The notes below the pieces were generated by a model that saw nothing but the letters and a program-made list of their open reading frames with translations, did no database searches and had not been told where the DNA came from. 55,110 nt of DNA from a virus (taxonomy: Duplodnaviria > Caudoviricetes): positions 1 to 55,110 of IMG/VR virus record IMGVR_UViG_3300021197_001923; one strand, written 5' to 3'. The position numbers and the translations under genes were made by a program. Positions 42,163 through 52,190 of this stretch are shown piece by piece. Numbering within the stretch: the first letter of the stretch is position 1; each line of letters opens with the position of its first letter.

Positions 42163-44011
42163 ATCTAGACCAAACAAAACCGCCAAAGTACCATACGCCT
42201 ATGTACCTAGCGAAGCCGATACATTGGTTCTTATCCCTGACCCTGAAATGGTTAGGTGGGTGGAAGACGCTCTTGATCATCTTGATCAAGGCCATAGCAG
42301 TCGCAGGGTGGCGGCGTGGTTGGTGGAAAAAACTGGCAAAAAGATTTCTCACCAAGGCATCCTGAATATTTGGCGGGAGCGTCGTGGAGATACATCCAAA
42401 ACAATCAAAAAACTAAATAAAGCCGCTAAACAAAAACGGCCTAAAACAAATCAAGATAAAAAACTAGCAGCAGTAAAACGTAAGAAGTCAGACGCTAAAC
42501 GTGTGCTGACAATGACGGAAAAAAAACTTGCCAAACTTGAAGGTGAGAATGATCATCAAAACCCCGTTTCGGACAATTTAGATTTTAACGTTGTTCAGCA
42601 AAAATTTGCGAACCGAGACATCATTTTCGAGCCGCTCCCTGGCCCGCAAACCGAATTTCTGGCGGCACCGGAGCGGGAAGTCTTATTCGGTGGGGCAGCG
42701 GGGGGCTCAAAAACCTACAGCCTCATCGCAGACCCTCTCCGATATTTCGGAAACGGAAATTTCAATGGTCTGCTTTTGCGGCGAACCGTTGACGAATTGC
42801 GGGAAATCCAGTGGGCCACACAGAAGCTGTATCCGCAAGCGTACCCGAATGCGAAATGGTCGGCGAAGGCGAGCCAGTGGACGTTCCCAAGCGGCGCTAG
42901 AATTTGGCTGACTTACCTAGAACGCCCTGAAGATGTTCTTCGCTATCAGGGACAAGCGTTTAGCTGGATAGGTTGGGACGAATTAACCCAGCATCCAACG
43001 AGTTTTGCATTTGATTACATGCGCTCAAGGCTTCGTACTACCGACCCGACGTTACCGCTATGCGTCCGTGCGACCACGAATCCAGGTTCCAGTGGGCACG
43101 GTTGGGTTAAACGCTTATTTGTAGACCCCGCACCCGCTAACACACCCTTTGCTGCTACAGACATTAATACAGGTGAAACGCTGGTTTACCCAGCTGGGCA
43201 TGAAAAAGCAGGGCAGCCGCTATTTATGCGGCGGTTTATCCCGTCAAAGCTTTCAGACAACCCTTATCTAGCAAAAGACGGCGTTTACGAAGCTAACCTA
43301 TTATCGCTTCCTGAAAACCAACGGCGGCAATTACTGGAAGGCGATTGGACAATTGCGGAAGGGGCTGCGTTTTCTGAGTTCAGACCGGACATTCATACCT
43401 GTGAACCATTTAACATTCCCCCTGAATGGCGAAGGTTTCGTTCATGTGATTTTGGGTATTCAAGTTTTTCAGCTGTTCATTGGTTTGCGATCGACCCTAA
43501 TTACAGCACCCTTTACGTCTATCGAGAATTATATGTTTCAAAGCATACGGGTCGGGACTTAGCTAAAGCAGTTTTAGCCGCTGAAGCTGGTGAAAAAATG
43601 CAATACGGAATATTGGATAGCTCCTGCTGGCACAATCGTGGTCAGATTGGCCCAAGCATAGCTGAAGAGATGATTTCCGAAGGCTGTAGATGGCGCCCAA
43701 GCGACCGATCGGCTGGTTCAAGGATTGCGGGCAAAAACCGCCTCCACGAATTACTTAAAGTCGATGAATATACTGAGCAGCCAGGAATTATTTTCTTTAA
43801 TACCTGCCGCCAAATCATCGCAGATTTACCAGTAATTCCCTCTGACCCAAAAGGTACTGACGACATCGATCCTCGCTACGCCTCTGATCATACTTTCGAC
43901 AGCATTAGATATGGGATTCAAAGCCGCCCACGAGCCCAATCACCCTTTGATTTTGGCACAGGTGTTTCACAACAAGGCTGGCAACCATCAGATTCAATAT
44001 TTGGATATTAA
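42146..44011 (+). CDS. terL: Terminase large subunit with N-terminal DNA-binding-like extension
   Basis: GGAAGGSKT, IGWDE, ATTNPG, DFG and DHTFD motifs. Confidence 0.92.
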   Translation: MMWQNKSRPNKTAKVPYAYVPSEADTLVLIPDPEMVRWVEDALDHLDQGHSSRRVAAWLVEKTGKKISHQGILNIWRERRGDTSKTIKKLNKAAKQKRPKTNQDKKLAAVKRKKSDAKRVLTMTEKKLAKLEGENDHQNPVSDNLDFNVVQQKFANRDIIFEPLPGPQTEFLAAPEREVLFGGAAGGSKTYSLIADPLRYFGNGNFNGLLLRRTVDELREIQWATQKLYPQAYPNAKWSAKASQWTFPSGARIWLTYLERPEDVLRYQGQAFSWIGWDELTQHPTSFAFDYMRSRLRTTDPTLPLCVRATTNPGSSGHGWVKRLFVDPAPANTPFAATDINTGETLVYPAGHEKAGQPLFMRRFIPSKLSDNPYLAKDGVYEANLLSLPENQRRQLLEGDWTIAEGAAFSEFRPDIHTCEPFNIPPEWRRFRSCDFGYSSFSAVHWFAIDPNYSTLYVYRELYVSKHTGRDLAKAVLAAEAGEKMQYGILDSSCWHNRGQIGPSIAEEMISEGCRWRPSDRSAGSRIAGKNRLHELLKVDEYTEQPGIIFFNTCRQIIADLPVIPSDPKGTDDIDPRYASDHTFDSIRYGIQSRPRAQSPFDFGTGVSQQGWQPSDSIFGY

Positions 44012-44014
44012 TTA

Positions 44015-46162
44015 ATGGCACTCATGGACAAACCAGAAGGATTTGACGCTGACGAGGCGACTGAATCTGATACAGTTATGAGGCTGGAAGAAGAAGGTGA
44101 CGTTGAACAGGAAAATATTGACCTGTCTGGTGTTGCTGCCTTCGTACAATCACAATTTCGTCGTTCCAAAGACCGTCGCATGTATGACGAAGATCGCTGG
44201 TTACGGTCATATCGAAATTACCGAGGTTTATATGGGGCTGATGTTCAGTTTACCGATACGGAAAAGTCCAAAGCTTTTGTAAAAATCACCAAAACAAAAG
44301 TTCTAGCGGCTTATGCGCAATTAACCGACGTTATTTTTGCAGGACAACGCTTTCCAATTGGAATTGAACAACGCCGGTTTCCTAACAACGTAGCTGACGC
44401 AGTAAGCTTTGACCCAAAAGGTTTAACCGATGAAAAGGTCAAAGAAAAAACAGGCGTTGACTACAAAGTTCCTAAAAAAGTTATGCGTCCTGATGTGGCA
44501 AAAGATTTAGGAATTTACGAAGATCAGCTTGAGCCTGTTAAGGACGACTTGGAGCTTGGTGACGGTAAAATTCCTGGCTCTATAACTTTTGAACCAGCAG
44601 ACCGTGCTGCGAAAAAGATGGAGCACAAAATCCACGACCAGCTGGAGGAAAGTAACGCCTCAAAGCATCTTCGGTCAGTTGCATTTGAGTGTTCACTCTT
44701 TGGCACAGGCGTCATTAAAGGGCCATTTGCCCATGACAAAGAATATCCAAGGTGGAGTGAGGAAGGCGAGTATGATCCGCTTTTTGAGACCATCCCAAAA
44801 GTCGAATATGTAAGTCTATGGGACCTGTACCCTGATCCTGATGCTCGTAACATGGGTGAAGCAGAATATATCGTCCAAAGACATCGCTTAAATCGTACAC
44901 AAATGCGTCACTTGAAAAATCGACCGCATTTTCGTGAAGATAGCATCGAATTAGCATTAGAATATGGCGCCAGCTACACCCGTGAATACTGGGAAGATAC
45001 GCTGGACGACAACACAAACTCCGAGGGTGTAGATAGGTTTGAAGTGCTCGAATATTGGGGCATTTTGGACGCAGAATTAGCAGATGAAGCTGATTTTGAG
45101 ATACCAGATGAATTAGCCGATCGTGATCAGGTCCAAGTCAATGTTTGGATTTGCAATGGTCAGATTTTACGTCTGGTTCTCAATCCCTTCACACCAGTTC
45201 GCATTCCCTATGCTGCCGTGCCTTACGAGCTAAATCCATACTCATTTTTTGGCATCGGCGTAGCTGAAAATATGGAAGACACTCAGCTGATCATGAATGG
45301 TATGATGCGTATGGCGATAGATAATGCTGCGCTGTCAGGAAACCTCCTAATTGAGATTGATGAAACTAATCTTGTCCCTGGCCAAGACTTATCCGTGTAC
45401 CCTGGCAAGGTGTTTCGCAGACAGGCGGGAAGTCCAGGCCAGAGCATTTTTTCGACCTCATTTAAAAACGTCAGCCAAGAGCTTTTAATGATGTTTGATA
45501 AGGCTCGTCAGTTGTCAGATGAAAGCACTGGTATACCCTCATATAGCCACGGAGTAGGAGGTGTGATGGGTGTGGGACGAACCGCAAGTGGTATGTCCAT
45601 GCTCATGGGTGCCGCAGCGCAAAACATCAAAGCCGTGGTGCGCAATATAGACGACTATTTGCTATCCCCGCTGGGCAAAGCGATGTTCAATTTCAACATG
45701 CAATTCGCCTTCGACAAAGAATACACGAAGGGCGACTTGGAAGTTAAGGCTCGTGGCACTGAAAGCCTGATGCGCAACGAGATCCGTAGCCAACGTTTAA
45801 TTCAATTTATGCAGATGGCTCAAAACCCAGCAATGGCGCCATTTGTAAAGTATGATTACATTTTGCGTGAATTAGCGACATCGATGGACCTTGATGAGGA
45901 TAAAATCCTTAACGACCAACGTGAAGCCGTGATCCAAGCTAAAATGATTGCGGAAATTCAGGCTTTAATGCCCCAGCAAGCACCAACACCTGAACAAGGT
46001 GGAGCTCCTAGTCCCAATGATCCAACCGGCACAGGCGGGGGTAATCCTACTCCTGGCAATGCTCCAGAACCAGGCGCCAAAGGTTTCACCGGAGCCGGCG
46101 GAGGAGACAACGGTGGCGATACGACTGGCGGACAATCTCCGCAGGGCCAGCAGCCACAATAA
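44015..46162 (+). CDS. Portal protein
   Basis: LFGTGVIKG, LYPDP, TASGMSML; follows TerL. Confidence 0.9.
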   Translation: MALMDKPEGFDADEATESDTVMRLEEEGDVEQENIDLSGVAAFVQSQFRRSKDRRMYDEDRWLRSYRNYRGLYGADVQFTDTEKSKAFVKITKTKVLAAYAQLTDVIFAGQRFPIGIEQRRFPNNVADAVSFDPKGLTDEKVKEKTGVDYKVPKKVMRPDVAKDLGIYEDQLEPVKDDLELGDGKIPGSITFEPADRAAKKMEHKIHDQLEESNASKHLRSVAFECSLFGTGVIKGPFAHDKEYPRWSEEGEYDPLFETIPKVEYVSLWDLYPDPDARNMGEAEYIVQRHRLNRTQMRHLKNRPHFREDSIELALEYGASYTREYWEDTLDDNTNSEGVDRFEVLEYWGILDAELADEADFEIPDELADRDQVQVNVWICNGQILRLVLNPFTPVRIPYAAVPYELNPYSFFGIGVAENMEDTQLIMNGMMRMAIDNAALSGNLLIEIDETNLVPGQDLSVYPGKVFRRQAGSPGQSIFSTSFKNVSQELLMMFDKARQLSDESTGIPSYSHGVGGVMGVGRTASGMSMLMGAAAQNIKAVVRNIDDYLLSPLGKAMFNFNMQFAFDKEYTKGDLEVKARGTESLMRNEIRSQRLIQFMQMAQNPAMAPFVKYDYILRELATSMDLDEDKILNDQREAVIQAKMIAEIQALMPQQAPTPEQGGAPSPNDPTGTGGGNPTPGNAPEPGAKGFTGAGGGDNGGDTTGGQSPQGQQPQ

Positions 46163-46171
46163 GGGTAAACT

Positions 46172-46387
46172 TTGAATAAAGACGATTATCGTAATCTCTT
46201 ACCGCTCGTAAATGATCGGTCGAAATTACAACTGCTTCAGGAGTACGCAGCCTCTCGCATTTCATACATGCACGGGTTGTTGGAAACGGCAAAAGACCAA
46301 TCCCGCATATTAGAAATACAGGGCGCAATCGCTGAATTGCGCAGGTTCGATACCTTGAAGGACGAGGTCAAAGAAAGGGCCAAGTAA
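46172..46387 (+). CDS. Small conserved protein after the portal
   Basis: QGAIAELRR motif. Confidence 0.7.
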   Translation: MNKDDYRNLLPLVNDRSKLQLLQEYAASRISYMHGLLETAKDQSRILEIQGAIAELRRFDTLKDEVKERAK

Positions 46388-47172
46388 TGGCATCAAACAA
46401 AGAAGCTAGAAAAGGCATTCGCTCAAAAGCTGGTGCTGACATGGCCAACAAACGTTTTCAGTTAGATGAAGACAAAGCTGATTTAGACAAAGACGGAAAG
46501 CTGTCGAATTACGAACGTGAGCGAGGCAAAGCGGTCCAGAAAGCGATTAAAGATGACGAAATTATCGACGAAGAACGTGTTGGTATGTTTCATGGTGGGA
46601 TGCCTTGCGGGATGGATGATGGGCTTATGGTTGACCCCGAAAGTGGAAACGAAATCCCAATCGGTTCTTCCCCCGAAAACGTGCGTGACAACCTCGAAAT
46701 TATGATCTCTGAGGGTGAATATGTTTTGCCCGCTGACGTAGTTAAGTGGCACGGCCTGAAACACATTATGGATATGCAATCGGAAGCAAAACTGGGGCTA
46801 ATGTCCATGTTTGCAGAAGGCTTAATTCAATATGTTGACGAAGAAAGCGCTGATACCATTCCATGTCCTGAATGCGATGGTGAGGGTTGTGATCATTGTG
46901 ATGGAAAAGGCTATCACTATGCGGACGAAAAAGAACCCGATAGCGAAAGCGGTGCGGACACCGAAGTATCGGATGAGGGTGATCCCGAACAAGAAGAAAC
47001 CACAGAGACAATCGAAACACCGCAAGGCAATGAGATTGAAATGGCAGGAGTAGAAACAACCTACAACGAGCCAATTCTTGAGGAAACCGAAGACTACCTC
47101 GCCAGCGATTATGGCAAAACTTCGGAACCCTACGGCACGATGATGAAGCAGAAGATCGCATTTATCGTGTGA
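46387..47172 (+). CDS. Head-region protein with EF-hand-like loop and Zn finger
   Basis: DLDKDGKLSNYE; SEGEYVLPADVV; CPECDGEGCDHCDGKG. Confidence 0.75.
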   Translation: MASNKEARKGIRSKAGADMANKRFQLDEDKADLDKDGKLSNYERERGKAVQKAIKDDEIIDEERVGMFHGGMPCGMDDGLMVDPESGNEIPIGSSPENVRDNLEIMISEGEYVLPADVVKWHGLKHIMDMQSEAKLGLMSMFAEGLIQYVDEESADTIPCPECDGEGCDHCDGKGYHYADEKEPDSESGADTEVSDEGDPEQEETTETIETPQGNEIEMAGVETTYNEPILEETEDYLASDYGKTSEPYGTMMKQKIAFIV

Positions 47173-47216
47173 ACCAATGGGCCACCCGCAAAGCGGCCCC
47201 CACGGAAATTTTCAAC

Positions 47217-47999
47217 ATGGCAAAATATAGACGACAAGAGGGCATCAGTACCCTTGAAAAAGAAATTGAGTCTGAAATGGCTCGCACCACCCCCACTAAG
47301 GTAGAGGTTCGAGAACCTACAGAAGCAGAGGATGGTTCGTTTAAAAAACGTTACGGTGACCTGCGTCGGCACTCGCAACAATTAATGCAGCAAAAAGATG
47401 GTGAAATAACCCAGCTGAAACAACAGTTGGACGCTGCTGCAAAAGGACAAATTAAGTTTCCCAAAACTGACGAGGAAATCGAAAACTGGTCTAAACGCTA
47501 CCCTGATGTTGCCCAGATCGTTGATAGCATTGCTCAGAAACGAGCCAGTGAAGCACTAGCGGAAGGCGAAAAACGACTAGCGGGATTAAAGCAGCTTGAG
47601 CAAAAGCTAACCCGCAAAGAAGCCGAACAGCAGTTGTTAAAGCAGCACCCAGATTTTATGAAAATCCGTTCTTCACAACACTTCCATGATTGGGTCGCCC
47701 ATCAGCCCGCATACATCCAAGACGCCCTCTATAAAAACAATACCGATGTTCAAGCAGCATCAAGGGCGATCGATTTATACAAGGCTGACAGAGGCAAATC
47801 CAAAAAAAGTAATTCGTCCGCAGCCCAAGCAATCGGCCGAACCACAGGGACGGCTCCTGTTTCACAAGGACGCAAAACGTATTCAGAAAGCCAAGTCGCA
47901 AAAATGAGCACTGCTGAATACGAAAAACACGAAGAAGCAATTATGTCTGCCATGCAAAATGGCAGCTTCAAATACGACCTTTCTGGCGCTGCCAGATAG
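47217..47999 (+). CDS. Capsid scaffolding protein
   Basis: FKKRYGDLRRH coiled coil; precedes the capsid gene. Confidence 0.75.
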   Translation: MAKYRRQEGISTLEKEIESEMARTTPTKVEVREPTEAEDGSFKKRYGDLRRHSQQLMQQKDGEITQLKQQLDAAAKGQIKFPKTDEEIENWSKRYPDVAQIVDSIAQKRASEALAEGEKRLAGLKQLEQKLTRKEAEQQLLKQHPDFMKIRSSQHFHDWVAHQPAYIQDALYKNNTDVQAASRAIDLYKADRGKSKKSNSSAAQAIGRTTGTAPVSQGRKTYSESQVAKMSTAEYEKHEEAIMSAMQNGSFKYDLSGAAR

Positions 48000-48037
48000 A
48001 TCGCTACGACTGACAAATAAACGTCGGTCACCCCGCA

Positions 48038-48163
48038 CAGGGCCACCGCTTAGGTCCACCCCTGTAAATCCCAAAATCAGAAGAAATAGACGTTAGTCCA
48101 CCAGTACGTTCTGGCCCGTGAGCTTGCTAGTTCGCACCACCCAGTGACCCGTACTGCCACTGA
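48038..48163 (+). promoter_or_regulatory. Structured capsid-gene leader with CCAC x CC internal loops
   Basis: Three copies here and one at 47178-47202. Confidence 0.6.
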
Positions 48164-48225
48164 TTTGTCCCCCTTCTGTGCTGTCGGGCGCCCAGCGCCC
48201 CGCCATTCACAAAGGAGTACAATAA

Positions 48226-49299
48226 ATGGCATTCCCAGCAGCCGCAGGTCATGGAAACCTGCCCAATGGAAACTTTTCAAGTGTAATTTACTCGAAAAAG
48301 GTCCAGCTTGCATTTCGTAAGGCAACAGTTGTCGGCGACATCAGCAACTCTGATTATTTCGGAGAAATTGCTGCCCAAGGCGATACTGTAAAAATTATCA
48401 AAGAACCCGAAATTTCTGTGTCAGCCTACCAGCGTGGCACCCAAATATCGGCCCAAGACCTTGATGACGAAGACTTCACTCTCGTGATCGACAAGGCAAA
48501 TTACTATGCCTTCAAGATCGACGATATTGAAGAATCTATGAGCCACGTAAATTTTTTACAGCTTGCAACAGACCGTGCAGCATATCGTTTAGCTGACCAA
48601 TACGACCAAGAAGTTCTTGGCTACATGGCCGGTTACAAACAAACAGCGCTTCACGGAAAAGCCGATACCGTAAACGACCAAGTGAACGGTACAAAAGCTG
48701 TCTCAACAGCCGGTTCAGACGAACTGCTGACGAGCATGAAGCTGAAAAAAGGTGACTTTGGCAACATCACAACAGGCTCTGCAGGTGATCACTCGATCCC
48801 TCTTGCAGCACGTTTGCCAGGCGCAACAGCACTACCAACCGCAACAGCTTCACCAGCAATGGTGGTTGCACGGATGGCCCGTCTGCTTGATCAACAACAA
48901 GTTGATACGCAGGGCCGTTGGTTGGTCGTAGACCCTGTATTCATGGAACTGCTTCGTGACGAGGATTCTCGTTTCTTGAACGCAGATTATGGTGAGTCAG
49001 GTGGACTACGGAATGGTTTGGTTCTGAAGAATTTCCACGGTTTCCGTGTTTATACTTCGAGCAACCTACCAGCAGTCGGTACAGGCCCAGGTACAACTGG
49101 TTCTGCTAACCAAAACACCAACTACGGTGTCATCGTTGCAGGTCACGACAGTGCCGTCGCAACAGCGGAGCAAATCAGCAAAACGGAAACCTACCGTGAC
49201 CCTGATTCATTCGCCGACATCGTTCGTGGCATGAGTCTTTATGGCAGGAAAATACTCCGCCCTGAAGGTCTTGTTTCATGCAAATACAACGCAGCTTGA
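48226..49299 (+). CDS. Major capsid protein
   Basis: YFGEI...GDTVKI; FKIDDIE; FADIVRG...YGRKILRPE. Confidence 0.93.
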   Translation: MAFPAAAGHGNLPNGNFSSVIYSKKVQLAFRKATVVGDISNSDYFGEIAAQGDTVKIIKEPEISVSAYQRGTQISAQDLDDEDFTLVIDKANYYAFKIDDIEESMSHVNFLQLATDRAAYRLADQYDQEVLGYMAGYKQTALHGKADTVNDQVNGTKAVSTAGSDELLTSMKLKKGDFGNITTGSAGDHSIPLAARLPGATALPTATASPAMVVARMARLLDQQQVDTQGRWLVVDPVFMELLRDEDSRFLNADYGESGGLRNGLVLKNFHGFRVYTSSNLPAVGTGPGTTGSANQNTNYGVIVAGHDSAVATAEQISKTETYRDPDSFADIVRGMSLYGRKILRPEGLVSCKYNAA

Positions 49300-49311
49300 G
49301 GAGTATAAAAA

Positions 49312-49803
49312 ATGGCTACAATTACTACACTCGCTAAAGCTGCCGGCGGTAAAGGCAACCCTAGTCGTAAGGCGTATATGGTCGAAAAAGAAATCGACTT
49401 GGCCGCAGCGGCAACCGCAAAGGGTTCTGCCCTAGCAGCTAACGACATTATCCAAGCAATCACAGTTGGGGCAAACACCCTAGTAATTGCAGCTGGAATG
49501 GAAATTACCACGGCGCCAGCTGGTGGTAACTCCTGTACCATTGATCTTGGTATTACCGGTGGCGATGTCGATGCATTTGTTGACGGTATGACCGTTACTG
49601 GTGCCTCTGCTGGTGCTTACGGCACCTTAGCAAATACTGCTTGTCCAATCCTCGTCACAGCATCCGATACAATCGACATGCTCTTGCTTGGAACGACACC
49701 AGACACCTCTGGAAAAATCCGTGTTTACGCTGTCCTGTTGGACGTAGACGGCATGGGTTCAGACAAAGGTGCTGACGAAGTAGATCGTGACTACTTAGCT
49801 TGA
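49312..49803 (+). CDS. Minor capsid / decoration-like structural protein
   Basis: Ala/Thr/Gly-rich beta protein after the major capsid gene; GAGGAG RBS. Confidence 0.7.
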   Translation: MATITTLAKAAGGKGNPSRKAYMVEKEIDLAAAATAKGSALAANDIIQAITVGANTLVIAAGMEITTAPAGGNSCTIDLGITGGDVDAFVDGMTVTGASAGAYGTLANTACPILVTASDTIDMLLLGTTPDTSGKIRVYAVLLDVDGMGSDKGADEVDRDYLA

Positions 49804-49809
49804 TTCTTT

Positions 49810-49831
49810 GGGGCTGGCTTCGGCTGGCCCC
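49810..49831 (+). terminator. Hairpin after the capsid genes
   Basis: GGGGCTGGC-TTCG-GCTGGCCCC; weak T tail. Confidence 0.6.
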
Positions 49832-49857
49832 TCTGACATTTTAATGGATTTTCCCAC

Positions 49858-50547
49858 ATGGCAACTACTTTCCTCGACCTATGTAACTTGGTCCTGCGCC
49901 GCCTTAATGAGGTGGAGATAGCGCAAGATGACTTTGGCAACGCACGAGGCATTCAGGCGCTTGTGAAAGACGCTGTGAAAGCAGCAGTCGCCCGCATAAA
50001 CCAGCAAGAGTTCGAGTGGCCCTTTAATGCGGCAAGTCATACTGCAACTTTGGTAGCAGGGCAGAGCGAATATACTTTTCCTGATTTTTTTAAGGTAGCA
50101 GACTACAACAGCTTCCAGATCCAGAAAGATGATACTCTCGGTACTGGTTTCAAAGCTTTAAAAGTTCTTGATCGTGACGAATGGTATCAGCGGCATCGTG
50201 ATATTGATTATGAGGCCGGCTCTGCGGGTCGAGGAGTGCCTGAATACGTTTTTGCCAGTCACGGAAGTGGCTATGGTGTAAGCCCGTCTCCTGACGCCGC
50301 TTATTCAATTAAATTCAAGTATTATCTGAACTATTCTGATCTAACTGCTTACAACGACATCACCCGTATCCCATCAAGTTTTGACACGGTCCTCATCGAT
50401 GGCGCCCTTTATCACCTCTACATGTTTAAAGATAACGTCGAAAGCGCTCAGGCTGCATATATGGCCTTTGAGCGTGGTCTTAAAAGCCTCCAAACTCTGT
50501 ACATCAATAATTTTGAATACATCCGTGACACACGAGTGAGGTTCTAA
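49858..50547 (+). CDS. Tail tubular protein A / head-tail adaptor
   Basis: TFLDLCNLVLRRLNE; WPF; P.PD..Y. Confidence 0.8.
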   Translation: MATTFLDLCNLVLRRLNEVEIAQDDFGNARGIQALVKDAVKAAVARINQQEFEWPFNAASHTATLVAGQSEYTFPDFFKVADYNSFQIQKDDTLGTGFKALKVLDRDEWYQRHRDIDYEAGSAGRGVPEYVFASHGSGYGVSPSPDAAYSIKFKYYLNYSDLTAYNDITRIPSSFDTVLIDGALYHLYMFKDNVESAQAAYMAFERGLKSLQTLYINNFEYIRDTRVRF

Positions 50548-52187
50548 TGCCTGACCGGATAGAGAACCTGAAAATTATCTCGGCGGGTGGTCTAAACTCT
50601 AATGAAAACCACTTAGATTTATCGGATAATGATCCTGGTGTAGCAACACGCTTAGTGAATTTTGAGCCCAGTCTTTTTGGCGGTTATCGTCGTATTTCAG
50701 GTTATAACCTCTACAAAAGTGATTTTCCTGAAGTAGGTGCAGGATCGGCTGCCGGTAAAATCTTATGCATAGCTATTTTTAAAAACGATGTGCTCGGCAC
50801 AACTCGTATAATTGCTACCCGAAAAAATAGTGGCGCCAACACTTACAGCTTCTATCAATACGTCCCGCTCAATGGCTGGCAGGTAATTTCAGGAGCTCCA
50901 ACGCCTGCTACGACTGACGGCGTAGTTACCGTAGATAAAATCCGTCATGCCCAATTTAATTTTGGATCTGGTAATCAGATCATTTTTGCTGACGGTGTAA
51001 ACAATGCAATCGTCTACACAGGCAACGCTTGGTATACTTTAAGCAGTTCAAATAACGGCGGAACATCCAGTCCAGGCGGTAATCAAATTTTAAACTCACC
51101 ATCGGTAGTTGATGTATTTGAAAACCATATTTTTCTATCCGGTGATGAAGACAACGAAGCCGTAGTTGCCCATTCTGCACCAAATGATCCACTTACTTGG
51201 ACTGTGGCTGCGGGGGGAGGACAGCTTACAGTGGGCACTGAGGTGGTTCAAATTAAGCCATTTCGTGACAATCTTTTTGTCTTTGGTACTAACGCCATCA
51301 AAAAGGTTTCTGTGGACGCTGGCTCTGGCGACTTCGTAACGGAAAATGTTACGTCTAACGTTGGTTGCATTGCTAAAGACAGCGTTTTGGAAATTGGCGG
51401 CGATCTTATGTTTTTGGCACCCGACGGTTTACGTCCGGTGGCTGGTACAAGCCGCATCGGCGATGTTGAGTTGGAAACCATCTCCAAATCAATCCAAGGT
51501 GCGCTAGTTGACCTAATCGAAAATTTTGATCTCAGTACGATGAACGGTGTGGTTATTCGTACTAAATCACAGGTTAGATTTTTCGTCGGTGATGATACAA
51601 ATTTTGCAGCAGACAGCACTGGAATTATTGGCGGTTTATCAAACAATAGTGGTTCAATCGAATGGGAGTTTGGAACTCTACTCGGCATACGGGCATCTTG
51701 TTGTACCTCTGGGTATGTAGGCACCGAAGAATTTGTTCTGCACGGTGATTACGACGGCAAGATATACCGGCAGGAACAGGGAAATAACTTCAATGGCAGC
51801 GATATTGTTTCAATTTATGCCACTCCATATTTGGATTTCGGCGATGCCGGAGTTCGCAAAAACATACGCAAGATAAATACTTTCATTCGGGCTGAAGGGC
51901 CGCTCGAAATGAACCTGGCCCTCAGTTACGACTGGGGTGACTACAATACAGCCAGACCCTCTACCTACACTCAAAATTCAGCTGGTGCGCCAACCACGTA
52001 TGGCGGTCGGAACATCGATTATGGCGCAGCTAACATCGTTTATGGCGGATCTGAAAAACCCATTATGGAGACAGCAGTTCAAGGCTCAGGCTTTGCTTTG
52101 AGAGCCACTTTTGTGACCGTTGGGCAGTACAATCCATTTTCGATCCAAGGGCTAGTAATCGAATATTCCGTCGCAGGGAGAAGATAA
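50547..52187 (+). CDS. Tail tubular protein B / nozzle
   Basis: GGLN...GGYRRI; propeller-like; FLAPDGLR...ISKSI. Confidence 0.8.
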   Translation: MPDRIENLKIISAGGLNSNENHLDLSDNDPGVATRLVNFEPSLFGGYRRISGYNLYKSDFPEVGAGSAAGKILCIAIFKNDVLGTTRIIATRKNSGANTYSFYQYVPLNGWQVISGAPTPATTDGVVTVDKIRHAQFNFGSGNQIIFADGVNNAIVYTGNAWYTLSSSNNGGTSSPGGNQILNSPSVVDVFENHIFLSGDEDNEAVVAHSAPNDPLTWTVAAGGGQLTVGTEVVQIKPFRDNLFVFGTNAIKKVSVDAGSGDFVTENVTSNVGCIAKDSVLEIGGDLMFLAPDGLRPVAGTSRIGDVELETISKSIQGALVDLIENFDLSTMNGVVIRTKSQVRFFVGDDTNFAADSTGIIGGLSNNSGSIEWEFGTLLGIRASCCTSGYVGTEEFVLHGDYDGKIYRQEQGNNFNGSDIVSIYATPYLDFGDAGVRKNIRKINTFIRAEGPLEMNLALSYDWGDYNTARPSTYTQNSAGAPTTYGGRNIDYGAANIVYGGSEKPIMETAVQGSGFALRATFVTVGQYNPFSIQGLVIEYSVAGRR

Positions 52188-52190
52188 CAC

